A stretch of DNA of 33,248 nt from Candidatus Anoxymicrobiaceae bacterium. GTDB taxonomy: Bacteria; Actinomycetota; Geothermincolia; Fen-727; Anoxymicrobiaceae. Within the stretch, counting starts at the first letter, position 1; each line of letters begins with the position of its first letter. Under the pieces are notes generated by a model. That model ran no database searches, had not been told where the DNA came from, and saw only the letters and a program-made list of their open reading frames with translations. The translations under genes and the position numbers were made by a program. The stretch lies in assembly GCA_036781505.1 (NCBI GenBank), contig DAIQAV010000001.1, forward strand, positions 1-33,248. The letters are read 5' to 3'. Below are positions 1 through 8,777 of this stretch, piece by piece.

Positions 1-92
1 CCGGCGGGACGCCGGCGCTACATCGATTGCCGGCGGGACGCCGGCGCTACATCGATTGCCGGCGGGACGCCGGCGCTACATCGACTGCCGGC
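1..92. repeat. Tandem array of a 29-bp REP-like hairpin unit (3 full copies plus a 5-bp partial)
   Basis: Units CCGGCGGGACGCCGGCGCTACATCGATTG at 1-29, 30-58 and 59-87 (single T>C at 85), with a partial copy at 88-92. Each unit carries the inverted repeat (G)CCGGCG-GGA-CGCCGG(C). The array sits directly 3' of the minus-strand gene ending at 93 and runs into the window edge. Confidence 0.9.
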
Positions 93-974
93 CTACGTCG
101 CGCTCTTTTTCTTCGCCGCGGGCTTCCTGGCCGGTTTCTTTGCCGCCGGTGCGTTCGTGGGCATGAATCCGGGCGTCGACAGTATCCGCCTCATGAGCGG
201 GATCGGGGTGTACTCCGGCCCGTACAGTATCGCCTGTATCTTCGGCATGTACATATACATCAACGCGCGGCTTCCTATCACCACGTCCGAGATCTCGCGG
301 CCGATGTCATTCGCCTTGTTGAACGTCCACGAGACGTCGGAGGGCATCCACTGCATGGCACCCTCGATCACGTTCAGCTTGAACTCGGCGAGCTGCGGCT
401 GCCTGTACTGGTAGAGGTTGCAGAAGAACTTCATCTCGCCCATGTCGCGCCCCGGGACCTTGCCCCCCGAGATGCTCATGATGTGCTCGCCGTCACGGGA
501 CAGTTCGCAGGTGATGGTCGAAGCGGTGTCGCTGAAGTCGATGCCCGCGATGAACTTCGGGTAGTTGTAGAAGTCCCGTCCCCCTCGCAGAGCTATCTCG
601 GTCGTGACCGGCAGGTGGTGGATGTAGATGTTGAAGAATCCCGCCGCGTACTGGCGAAGCATGTTGTAGCCAGGGATGGCCGCGTAGTACGGCGTGTTGA
701 GGACTATGCCCATTGAGAACTCGTTGTACGGCGCTATGTCCGTGTCGTAATACTCGAACGCCGTCAGGGCGATGCACCCTACGCCAGGCACCACCTGAGC
801 CGGCGAGAACCGAGGGTCCGGCAGGAGGCGCTTCAAAGAGAGCCAGGGAGCGCATAGCAGCACCGTGAACATGCGCGCCTCACGATAGAAAATCGGGAAC
901 ATGGCCTTGCCGCCGGCCACCTCCATCTCGACCTGCTCGATGTCCGCGAAGAAGTCGTCCCGCACGTCGATCAC
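93..974 (-). CDS. Acetoacetate decarboxylase-like (ADC family) protein with a Lys/Ala/Pro-rich C-terminal tail
   Basis: 293-aa ORF. The segment HLPVTTEIALRGGRDFYNYPKFIAGIDF matches the ADC-family pattern (P..E.A...GR...g.PK..a.i.f) recalled from Clostridium Adc. FPIFYREA near the N-terminus also fits. The C-terminus is NAPAAKKPARKPAAKKKSAT. Confidence 0.6.
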   Translation of the reverse strand: MIDVRDDFFADIEQVEMEVAGGKAMFPIFYREARMFTVLLCAPWLSLKRLLPDPRFSPAQVVPGVGCIALTAFEYYDTDIAPYNEFSMGIVLNTPYYAAIPGYNMLRQYAAGFFNIYIHHLPVTTEIALRGGRDFYNYPKFIAGIDFSDTASTITCELSRDGEHIMSISGGKVPGRDMGEMKFFCNLYQYRQPQLAEFKLNVIEGAMQWMPSDVSWTFNKANDIGREISDVVIGSRALMYMYMPKIQAILYGPEYTPIPLMRRILSTPGFMPTNAPAAKKPARKPAAKKKSAT

Positions 975-1018
975 CTCCGGCCGTAGTGGTCCCTCCGTGA
1001 GTCTCGATTATAACCCGC

Positions 1019-1047
1019 CTGAGAGAACCGGATGCACCATGTATAAT
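1019..1047 (+). promoter_or_regulatory. Possible sigma70-type promoter for the DUF362 gene
   Basis: CTGAGA (1019-1024), 17-nt spacer, then TATAAT (1042-1047). GAGGAGGGG RBS follows, then ATG at 1070. The -35 hexamer is weak. Confidence 0.3.
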
Positions 1048-1069
1048 CGCTTGAGAGGAGGGGATCGAG

Positions 1070-2176
1070 ATGTTGCCAAAAGTCTACTTCGCGGCGGCGG
1101 GCGGGCGGCCCGGACACGGTATGGTCGCCAAGGTACACGCGCTTTTTGAGGCCGCAGGGTTCGCGGAGCTCGTCAGGATGCGCGACCTGGTCGCGGTCAA
1201 GGCTCATTTCGGCGAGAGAGGGTGCACCAGTTTCGTCTCGCCTGCGCTCATCCGGCCGGTGGTCGATGACGTGATCGCAGGGGGAGGGCGCCCGTTCATG
1301 ACCGACACGGGCTGCCTCTACTATTCGAGCCGCGCCAACGCTCGCGACCACGCAATAGTGGCCGCCGAGCACGGTTTCTCGATCGAGAGCCTGGGAGCGC
1401 CGGTCATCATCGGCGATGGCCTGAGGGGGTCTGACATCCGTGAGGTCACCGTCGGCCTCAAGCACTTCGACACTATCGACGTTGCGGGCGCAATCCACGA
1501 CGCCGACAGCCTGATCGTCTGCACGCACGTCACCGGGCATATGCTCACAGCCTTCGCGGGCACCCTCAAGAACCTTGGCATGGGAGGCGCGGGACGTCGG
1601 ATGAAGTTGGCCGTGCACGCCATGGTACGGCCGCGCATCGACTCCGAAGCGTGCGACCTGTGCGAGACCTGCCTTGAACACTGCCCCGCGGAGGCGATAT
1701 CTCTCGACGGCGACGTGATGGTGATAGACACCGACGTCTGCATCGGTTGCGGCGAATGCCTCGCCATGTGCCCACAGGGGGCGACCGCCATCGAGTGGAA
1801 GGGGGACCCGGCGGAGGCCCAGGAGAAGCTGGGCGAGATAACCGCGGGCGTTCTCAAGAACAAGGCGGACAAGGCCGGCTTCTTCTCGTTCCTCTTGAAC
1901 GTCACCCCGTCGTGCGACTGCTGGAACTACAGCGCCGCGCCGAGCGTCCCCGATATAGGCATCATGGCTTCGAAAGACCCCATCGCAATCGACCAGGCGG
2001 CGTCCGACATGCTGATGCGTTACCTGGCCGAAGAGAGCCAGGTGAGAGAGCCCGGCCCCCAGACGAAGAGCACGCTGCTCGCGGGCGCCGGAACCGCATA
2101 CGCGCGGCAGCTTTCCTACGGCGAGTCCATCGGGCTCGGGCAGAGGCAGTACGAGATGGTCAGGCTCGAAGACTGA
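1070..2176 (+). CDS. DUF362 domain protein with inserted 2x[4Fe-4S] ferredoxin domain
   Basis: 368-aa ORF with a GAGGAGG RBS. The N-terminus (KVYFA...VAVKAHFGE) is typical of DUF362. Two CxxCxxCxxxCP motifs are present (CDLCETCLEHCP, CIGCGECLAMCP). Confidence 0.75.
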   Translation: MLPKVYFAAAGGRPGHGMVAKVHALFEAAGFAELVRMRDLVAVKAHFGERGCTSFVSPALIRPVVDDVIAGGGRPFMTDTGCLYYSSRANARDHAIVAAEHGFSIESLGAPVIIGDGLRGSDIREVTVGLKHFDTIDVAGAIHDADSLIVCTHVTGHMLTAFAGTLKNLGMGGAGRRMKLAVHAMVRPRIDSEACDLCETCLEHCPAEAISLDGDVMVIDTDVCIGCGECLAMCPQGATAIEWKGDPAEAQEKLGEITAGVLKNKADKAGFFSFLLNVTPSCDCWNYSAAPSVPDIGIMASKDPIAIDQAASDMLMRYLAEESQVREPGPQTKSTLLAGAGTAYARQLSYGESIGLGQRQYEMVRLED

Positions 2177-2228
2177 TGCCGCACCCGCCGGTCGGGCACG
2201 TGGCGGCTGACACCTGCAGGGAAGGACG

Positions 2229-3149
2229 ATGAGAGAGTCCTTTGCAATATTCTGCGCGATAGCCGGGGCGCTGACCCTGAATTACGCGATTTACCTCGAG
2301 AAGAAGGCCGTGGTGAACCTCCCCACGGTCGAGTTCAAGAACCCCTGGAAGACGACCAGGGCCTTTATCAGCAACAAGCCGTGGATATGGGCACAGGCCG
2401 TAAACATCACAGGGTTCGTCCTCTATTCTGTGGCGCTCGCCCTCGCGCCGGTGTCGATCGTCGAGCCGATCATTGCCTCAGGGGTGGTGCTCCTCGCGTA
2501 CCTCGCTATCAAGCGGCTCGGTGAGAAGCCCCGTCGGATCGACTACGCCGCTATGGCGATGAGCGTCCTCGGGGTCGCCCTCATCGGCGTGAGCCTCGCC
2601 GAGGGCCTGCCGAAGGACAAGCTCGAGCACGGCTGGGAGATCGTTATCTTCTCGGTCGTGATACTGGGCCTCGCGGTCCTGATACCCCTGCTCATGAGGG
2701 GTACGCAGGCAAAGCTCTCGGTCGGGCTCGGGATATCCGTCGGGCTCTTCTTCGGGATGGCGGCCGTGTTCCAGCGTCTGCTGATGCTGTACCTCGTGAA
2801 CATCAGCACACACTGGGAACTCTTCCTCGTATTCCTGGCCGCGTGTATCGCCACGTACATACCCGCGTTCATATTGCTCCAGGCGGCGTTGCAGAAGGGC
2901 ATGGCCATCATCGTCGCTCCCATCTACAACGGGATAATGGAGTTCATCCCCATATTCGTGGGGATGATGGCCCTGAACGAGACGTTCCCGGCATCGAACG
3001 TGCTCAAGGTGGTGCGGATAATCGCGTTCGTGCTGATACTCACCGGCACGATCATCCTCTCGCAGAGGGCCGAAGCCGAGGAAAGCATCGAACCCTTCCC
3101 GGCGGGTGAGATCGATACGATACACCCGGGAGCCCAGGGAATCGCTTGA
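2229..3149 (+). CDS. Polytopic membrane protein, DMT superfamily (NIPA/EamA-like transporter)
   Basis: 306-aa ORF, hydrophobic throughout with about 9-10 predicted helices. The NYAIYLEKKAV motif resembles the NIPA-type Mg transporter / DMT N-terminus. It is a paralogue of the next gene. Confidence 0.6.
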   Translation: MRESFAIFCAIAGALTLNYAIYLEKKAVVNLPTVEFKNPWKTTRAFISNKPWIWAQAVNITGFVLYSVALALAPVSIVEPIIASGVVLLAYLAIKRLGEKPRRIDYAAMAMSVLGVALIGVSLAEGLPKDKLEHGWEIVIFSVVILGLAVLIPLLMRGTQAKLSVGLGISVGLFFGMAAVFQRLLMLYLVNISTHWELFLVFLAACIATYIPAFILLQAALQKGMAIIVAPIYNGIMEFIPIFVGMMALNETFPASNVLKVVRIIAFVLILTGTIILSQRAEAEESIEPFPAGEIDTIHPGAQGIA

Positions 3150-4085
3150 AAACACTATTTGCAATCATCTGCGCGATCGCAGCCTCGCTGGCTTTCAACT
3201 ACGCCATGTACATGCAGAAGAAGGCCGTCGGCGTGCTGCCCGAGGTCAAGATGCAGTTCTCCTGGTCTGTCATCAAGGCATTCGTGAGCAACCGCGCCTG
3301 GCTCGTGAGCATGGTCGTGGTGCTCTTCGGAAGCGGCCTGTACGCGTATGCACTCACGGTCGCCCCGATATCCATCGTCCAGCCGATCATGGCCTCGGGG
3401 GTGGCGCTGCTCGCCTACCTCGCGATCAAGAACCTGGGCGAGAAGCCACGGCGAATCGACCTCGTCGCTATCGGCTTGAGCATTCTGGGAGTCGCGCTCA
3501 TCGGGGTGAGCCTCGCGGAAGGCCTCCCCAAAGATGTCCGGCACTCTCCGGTCTCCCTGTGGATATTCACGGCGGCGCTGGTCGTGGTGGCGATAATCAT
3601 CCCGCTCGCGATGATGAAGGGGTCGGATGCCCGCAAAGCCGCGGGCCTCGGGATCGCCGTCGGCATCCTCTACGGCACGTCCGCGGTCTTCGCGAAACTG
3701 CTGCTCGTGGACTGGTCCGGCCAGTGGTCCACCAGGGGCGTGCTGGTCGTATTCTCGAGCGTCTTCCTCATCGCCTGGGCGGTCCACCCTCGTGCCCGCC
3801 TTCATCATCCTGCAGGCGGCTCTCCAGAAGGGCCAGGCGATAGTGGTCGTCCCTCTGCTCGCGGGCCTCTCACAGCTCGTGCCGATAGCGCTGGGAATGG
3901 TCGCGCTGCACGAGAAGTTCCCGAAGAGCCCCGCTCTGTCCGTGCTGCGGATCTTCGCGTTCGCGCTCATCCTGGTCGCCACCGTGATCCTCTCGAGGAG
4001 AGCGGAGGCGGTCACTGTCGAGCCTGCGCACGGGGTCGAACCGTTCGAGGAAGCCGTGCCTCTGCCCGGCTCCGCGGTCGAGTGA
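3146..4085 (+). pseudogene. Second DMT/NIPA-like transporter paralogue, reading frame broken near 3780-3785
   Basis: The TTG start at 3146 overlaps the upstream stop (TTGA). The N-terminal ~210 aa (frame of ORF 3146..4147) align with the upstream paralogue as far as ...VFLIAWA. The conserved C-terminal part (STLVPAFIILQAALQKGQAIVV...SRRAEA) continues in the frame of ORF 3627..4085. One stray nucleotide (g at 3782) separates the two frames. Confidence 0.7.
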
Positions 4086-4113
4086 TATACATGGGAGAGA
4101 ACTGGAGGTCACC

Positions 4114-5385
4114 ATGGGTCCGGCACGATCCTTCCGGCGCGGGATAAAGATCGTCGTCGTCGCGGCCGCGGTCGCGGCGATGGCAGCCCCGTCACTGGCT
4201 GCCGCGGCGGGGCCCGGTGGAGGCTCGCCGTTCGATGCCGCGGTGCGCGCCGTATACATGATGCCCGCCGACAAGGGACAGAAGGCCGGAGAACCTTTCG
4301 TGCTCCCGGCGGATTCCCGGGCTACCATCAACGTCGGCGACGTTACTCCGGGTACGGAAGTCTCGGTGCGGGTCGACGCCGACCAGTAAGTGGTATGCGA
4401 GCGGTCCATGTACTGGGGCGGCAGGATCGAAGGGCACGACTCCATAGGGGTCACCGAGCCGAGCACGCACTGGTACCTGGCGGAGGGCTGCATGAACTAC
4501 GGCTTCGAGGAGTACGTATCGATACAGAACCCCGGCAGCTCCAGCTCAAAGGTGACCTTCACCTACAACACCCCGGCCGGGCCGAAGAAGAGGCAGCCTT
4601 TCAGCGTCGCGCCGCGCTCCCGGAAAACCATCAAGGTGAACGACGATGTCGCCCCAAGCGACATCAGCGTGAAGGTCAGCGCGACAGTGGCTGTCGTCGC
4701 CGAGCGCAGCATGTACTGGGACGGGCGCCGAGGCGGCCACGACAGCATCGGCACTTCGGACCCTGCCGAGCAGTGGTTCCTCGCGGAGGGTAGCACCAAG
4801 TGGGGCTTCGACACTTTCATCCTGGTCCAGAACCCGTCGACGAAAGACGCCCGGGTGAAAATGATCTTCCTGACGGACACCGGCCCGGTGGACGCGCCCC
4901 CGCTGGAGGTCAAAGCCGGGACGCGGCAGACGGTGAACCCGCGCGCCCTGGTGGGCAACGCGGACTTCTCGACGAGCATCAAGTCGGACGTGAGCATCAT
5001 CTGCGAGCGGTCGATGTACTGGAACAACGGCACCGGGAAGGCCGGGCACGATACCATAGGCGTCAAAGAGGCTACCTATAACTGCTTCCTGGCGGAGGGC
5101 ACAACCTTGTACGGCTTCGAGACCTTCGTGCTGATCGCGAACCCCAACAACGTCGAGAACAGCGTGCAGGTGACTTACCTGACCCCGGGTGGCGTGGAGC
5201 CGCGCGTCGAGCCGGTCGTCATCCCGCCTTACTCGCGCACCACGATCTCTGGGAACGCGGACTTACCCGGCCGTGACGTCTCGATCATGCTGGTGGGCAC
5301 TGAGAAAATCGTTACTGAGAGGGCGATGTACTGGAACGGGCGTGGCGGCGGGCACGATTCGATCGGCTACATGAGCAACCCCTAG
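4114..5385 (+). pseudogene. Secreted repeat protein (about 3.5 copies of a ~115-aa module) interrupted by an in-frame TAA at 4387-4389
   Basis: GGAGG RBS precedes ATG 4114. The signal peptide MGPARSFRRGIKIVVVAAAVAAMAAPSLAAAA may be twin-arginine type. ORFs 4114..4389 and 4390..5385 share one frame. The junction VRVDADQ*VVCERSMYW aligns with the other repeat junctions (VKVSATVAVVAERSMYW, IKSDVSIICERSMYW, LVGTEKIVTERAMYW). Repeat signature: W[YF]LAEG...GF[DE]T[FY]..[IV]xNP ... ER[SA]MYW...GGHD[ST]IG. Confidence 0.65.
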
Positions 5386-5399
5386 CCGGATACCGGCTA
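5383..5399. terminator. Short hairpin built from the two convergent stop codons
   Basis: TAGCCGG-ATA-CCGGCTA, a 7-bp stem with a 3-nt loop. The left arm begins with the + strand TAG (5383-5385). The right arm ends with the complement of the - strand TAG (5397-5399). There is no U-tract. Confidence 0.35.
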
Positions 5400-5801
5400 C
5401 ATGCCGCCGTGGCCGGCCGCGCCGGGCGTGGAGAGGACTCCCTCGATCGCGGCCATGAACTCGGAGTCGTCGAACGGCTTTCTGAAGAAGCCCGCCGCCC
5501 CGAGATTGCGGCCTTCCTCCCTCATCTCCTCGTCGTCGAACGCGGTCAGGAATATCACCGGGATATTGCGCGTGGTGAGCGAGTGCTTCATGCGGTCGAT
5601 CGACGAGAACCCCCCGCCGGCGGGCATGCGCACGTCGAGGATTATGAGATCGGGCTTGTTCTTGCTGGCGAGCTCGTAGGCTTCCTCGCCGTCGTGGGCC
5701 GAGATCACGTCGTAGCCCGCCGCCTTCAGGCGTATGGACAGCGCCATCACGAGGTCTTTGTCGTCATCGGCGACGAGTATGGTCTTCTGTTCTGCAGCCA
5801 A
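5397..5801 (-). CDS. Stand-alone response regulator receiver (CheY-like)
   Basis: 134-aa ORF with a TTG start preceded by AGGGGAG. Receiver signatures are present: ILVADDD, DLIILDVRMP, IPVIFLTA, FFRKPF. Confidence 0.85.
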   Translation of the reverse strand: MAAEQKTILVADDDKDLVMALSIRLKAAGYDVISAHDGEEAYELASKNKPDLIILDVRMPAGGGFSSIDRMKHSLTTRNIPVIFLTAFDDEEMREEGRNLGAAGFFRKPFDDSEFMAAIEGVLSTPGAAGHGGM

Positions 5802-5825
5802 TGAGCGCTCCCCTGTTTGGTGCTC

Positions 5826-7322
5826 CTAGCGGGTTACCTGCTCGCCCATGTAAGCCGGGATCGAGAAATGGAACGCGCTGCCCATGCCTTCCATGCTCTC
5901 CGCCCACAGGGTGCCGCCGTGCGCGCGGATTATCTCCCTCGAGATCGCGAGCCCGAGGCCCGCGCCTTCTTCCACGTACACCTTGTCTTTCTCAACGCGG
6001 TAGAACAGGTCGAATATCTTTCCCAGGTCCTCTTTCGGTACGCCGATGCCGGTGTCCTCCACCGAGAGGATGATCCTGCCTTCGTCCCGCGGCATGAAGC
6101 CGGCCCTTATCTGCAGCATCCCCTGCTCGGTGAACTTGATGCTGTTGCCCGCGAGGTTGGCGACGACCTGCGCGATGCGCGACTTGTCGCCGTACACCGG
6201 CGGAAGCCCGTCCGCCACCTGCACCTGCATCGTCAGGCCCTTGTCCTCGGCCTGGGACCGGAGCCGCCCGAGGACGACGTCCAGGATGTCCTGGATGTCG
6301 AGGACTTCCATCTTGAGCTTGAAATCGCCCGAGAGGACCTTGTTGGCGTCGATCAGGTTCTCGATCAGGTTGTGCAGGCGGAAAGAAGACCGTCTTATGA
6401 CGTCGATGTAGTTCTTCTGGTCGTCATTGAGCTCTCCGCCCAGTCCTTCCATGAGGATGTTGACGTACTGGTCGATGGCGGCGAGCGGCGTGCGGAGGTC
6501 GTGGCTCACGTTGGCGATGAAGGTCTTGTGTATCTTGCTGACCTCCTGGTCGGGCGTGATGTCCGTGCCCACCGCCAGCTTCTCGACCTCTCCCTTGGAG
6601 TTGCGGACGACCGCCGATATGAAGCGGTAGCTCTTGCCGTTCTTCAGGGTGGCGCGCCACCTGGCCGCGCCCTTGTTCTTGGCGCAGACCTCGCACGGCT
6701 CCATGCGGTCGTAGAAGATATGGTGGCAGGCGCCGCCGCGCTGGCCCTCCCCGAATATCTCCTCCGCGGCCCTGTTCATCCAGAGGATCTGGTACTCGGG
6801 GCTCACCACGTACGCGGGGTCCGCGAGCGTGGCCAGAATGCCTTTGACCTGGTCGTTGGTGTCTTCTATGACCCTGTTGCACCAGTCTATGCGCCTCTGC
6901 TTTGAGCTGGCGTTAAGCGCGGCGATCACTCGCGGCAGCGGGTCCTCACGGATTGGCTTGTAGATAAAATCGGTGGCGCCTCCCGCGAGGCTCTTGACCG
7001 CCCCCTCGACGTCATCGTTGCGCACCACAACGATCACCGGTTGCCGGGTGAGCCCCGACTGCCTGATCTGATCGATCGGAAGCGCCGCTTCGGGGGGCTG
7101 GTTGTCGCGGTCCCAGAGGATGATGTCCGCGTTGAACTCTCCGGCGCGCTGCATGCCCTGGTAGTCGCCGCCGGCGCGGACGAACTGCAGGCCGTCGCCC
7201 TTCAGGGCCGTCTCCAGCCCCATGGCGGCCTCGCCGTCGTTTCCGAGATAAGCGATGCGATAGACCTTCATGGAATCACCGTTCTTATTGTAAGTGAAAA
7301 ACCGGTGCCAGGCACTTTTCAC
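5826..7322 (-). CDS. Sensor histidine kinase with N-terminal receiver-like domain, Cys/His-containing PAS domain, HisKA and HATPase_c
   Basis: 498-aa ORF. H-box FIANVSHDLRTPL; N-box NLAGNSIKFT; G-boxes DTGIGV and GAGLGLAISREI. The receiver-like N-terminus has ADIILWDRD and FIYKP. An alternative start is MKVYRIAY at 7271, with GGTGA upstream. Confidence 0.85.
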   Translation of the reverse strand: MKSAWHRFFTYNKNGDSMKVYRIAYLGNDGEAAMGLETALKGDGLQFVRAGGDYQGMQRAGEFNADIILWDRDNQPPEAALPIDQIRQSGLTRQPVIVVVRNDDVEGAVKSLAGGATDFIYKPIREDPLPRVIAALNASSKQRRIDWCNRVIEDTNDQVKGILATLADPAYVVSPEYQILWMNRAAEEIFGEGQRGGACHHIFYDRMEPCEVCAKNKGAARWRATLKNGKSYRFISAVVRNSKGEVEKLAVGTDITPDQEVSKIHKTFIANVSHDLRTPLAAIDQYVNILMEGLGGELNDDQKNYIDVIRRSSFRLHNLIENLIDANKVLSGDFKLKMEVLDIQDILDVVLGRLRSQAEDKGLTMQVQVADGLPPVYGDKSRIAQVVANLAGNSIKFTEQGMLQIRAGFMPRDEGRIILSVEDTGIGVPKEDLGKIFDLFYRVEKDKVYVEEGAGLGLAISREIIRAHGGTLWAESMEGMGSAFHFSIPAYMGEQVTR

Positions 7323-7398
7323 TTAAATAATTTTCACCACGGTGGCGTGCGGGACCGCCGTGAAAAGAATTGGGGGAAGAGTGGCTCCCGGGCTTCCG

Positions 7399-8724
7399 CT
7401 AGCGCTTCTCGCCGGACGCCTTCTCCCAGGGGAAACCGACCTTGCGCGTCACCCTGGTGCGCCTCTCCTTGAGCTTGGGCTCCTGGTAGATGGACAGCGT
7501 CAGGATGGTCCGCGCCTGCTCCGGGTACTTGGCGACGAACTTCAGCTCGTCTTCCGTCAGCGGCTTGCCCGTGGTCACGTTGGCGAGCCTGACCAGGTCG
7601 AGGATCTCGCGTGCCTCTTCGTCAGAGCCGAACTCCACCTCCAGGCGGTCATAGACGTTGCGGAATCCCTTGACCCCGCCGTACGCGCCCGTGGTTATCA
7701 TCCGGCCGGTCTCGACGATCTCCGGCTCGCCGCGCCCGAGCTCCTCGCAGTCGTAGAGCTCGTAGTTGCGGCGGTCCTTGAGAGCGCCGTCGGCGTGGAT
7801 CCCCGACTCGTGCGCGAAGGCGTTGCGCCCCACGCCCACCTGGTTCACGGGGATAGGCACCCCGAACGCGTAGGAGGCATACTTGGCAAGCCGCCAGGCG
7901 TGCGTGATGTCCAGGTTCGGGTCGAGCCTGTAGCGCCCCTCCAGCCCGCTCGACTTCTTGAGCGCCAGGAGGCACGACAACAGGTCGGCGTTGCCCGCCC
8001 TCTCCCCGATGCCGTTCACCGTCGTGTTGATGTAAGCGTCCACCCCGCCGTCGATGGCGCCGGCCGCGCCCGCGACCGAACACGCCACTCCCATCCCGAG
8101 GTCGTTGTGACAGTGCAGTTCGATGTCGAGCTTCACAGCCTCAGCGAGCTCCTTCATGCGGTCGTAGGTCGTGAAAGGGTCATCGTAGCCGAGCGTGTCG
8201 CAATAGCGTATCCGGGTGGCGCCGCCTTCCCTGGCCGCCTCCGCGAACTTCATGAGGTCCTCCATCGGGGTGCGCGAGCCGTCCTCGGCGTTCACCGCCA
8301 CCGTCTTGAACTCGAGCTCGAGGGCGCGGTTCAGGGCCTGCTGCATCAGGTCGATGACGTCGTCCAGGGTCCTTTCGCCTTTCCATTTCCCGTTTATCAT
8401 CTGTGGGGAGGTCGAGATCGAGATGTTGACGTGCTCGAGCTCGGGGACCATCTCCCGTGCGAGCTCGATGTCAGCGTTGATGGCCCGCAACCAGCCCGCA
8501 ATCCTCAGGCGCTTGATGCCGCCCTCTTCCACGAGCTCCAGGTTCCCCCTGAGGTAGTTGGTCTCGTGGTTGGTGGTGGGAAAGCCGGCCTCGCTCTGGA
8601 AGATCCCCATCTGGTCGAGGTACATGTTGATGATCGTCTTCTCTATTTTGGCGAGGCCGAGCTGGGAGGTCTGTACTCCATCCCGGTTCGTCACGTCTAT
8701 GAAGTAAATCGTTTTCTGCGCCAT
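7399..8724 (-). CDS. HMGL-like (DRE-TIM) 2-oxoacid:acetyl-CoA condensing enzyme; homocitrate / citramalate / Re-citrate / isopropylmalate synthase family
   Basis: 441-aa ORF. The motifs DVTNRDGVQ, LHCHNDLGMGVA, NGIGERAGNA and HESGIHADG are hallmarks of this family. There is no LeuA-type C-terminal regulatory domain. Substrate cannot be assigned by eye. Confidence 0.8.
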   Translation of the reverse strand: MAQKTIYFIDVTNRDGVQTSQLGLAKIEKTIINMYLDQMGIFQSEAGFPTTNHETNYLRGNLELVEEGGIKRLRIAGWLRAINADIELAREMVPELEHVNISISTSPQMINGKWKGERTLDDVIDLMQQALNRALELEFKTVAVNAEDGSRTPMEDLMKFAEAAREGGATRIRYCDTLGYDDPFTTYDRMKELAEAVKLDIELHCHNDLGMGVACSVAGAAGAIDGGVDAYINTTVNGIGERAGNADLLSCLLALKKSSGLEGRYRLDPNLDITHAWRLAKYASYAFGVPIPVNQVGVGRNAFAHESGIHADGALKDRRNYELYDCEELGRGEPEIVETGRMITTGAYGGVKGFRNVYDRLEVEFGSDEEAREILDLVRLANVTTGKPLTEDELKFVAKYPEQARTILTLSIYQEPKLKERRTRVTRKVGFPWEKASGEKR

Positions 8725-8777
8725 TTTGTCCGCTCCTTTGCCCGCGGGCCAGGCGCCCGCCCAGACCGGATGGGTCG

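Noticed and set aside
1-92. CRISPR array at the window edges (also 33164-33231)
   Set aside because: The 29-30 bp units abut directly, with only a constant 6-7 nt linker and no unique spacers. No cas genes are in the window. This is a tandem repeat, not a CRISPR array.
4387-4389. Programmed recoding (selenocysteine or pyrrolysine) at the in-frame stop of the repeat protein
   Set aside because: The stop is TAA, not TGA or TAG, and I saw no SECIS- or PYLIS-like context. A nonsense mutation, read error or low-level read-through is more parsimonious.
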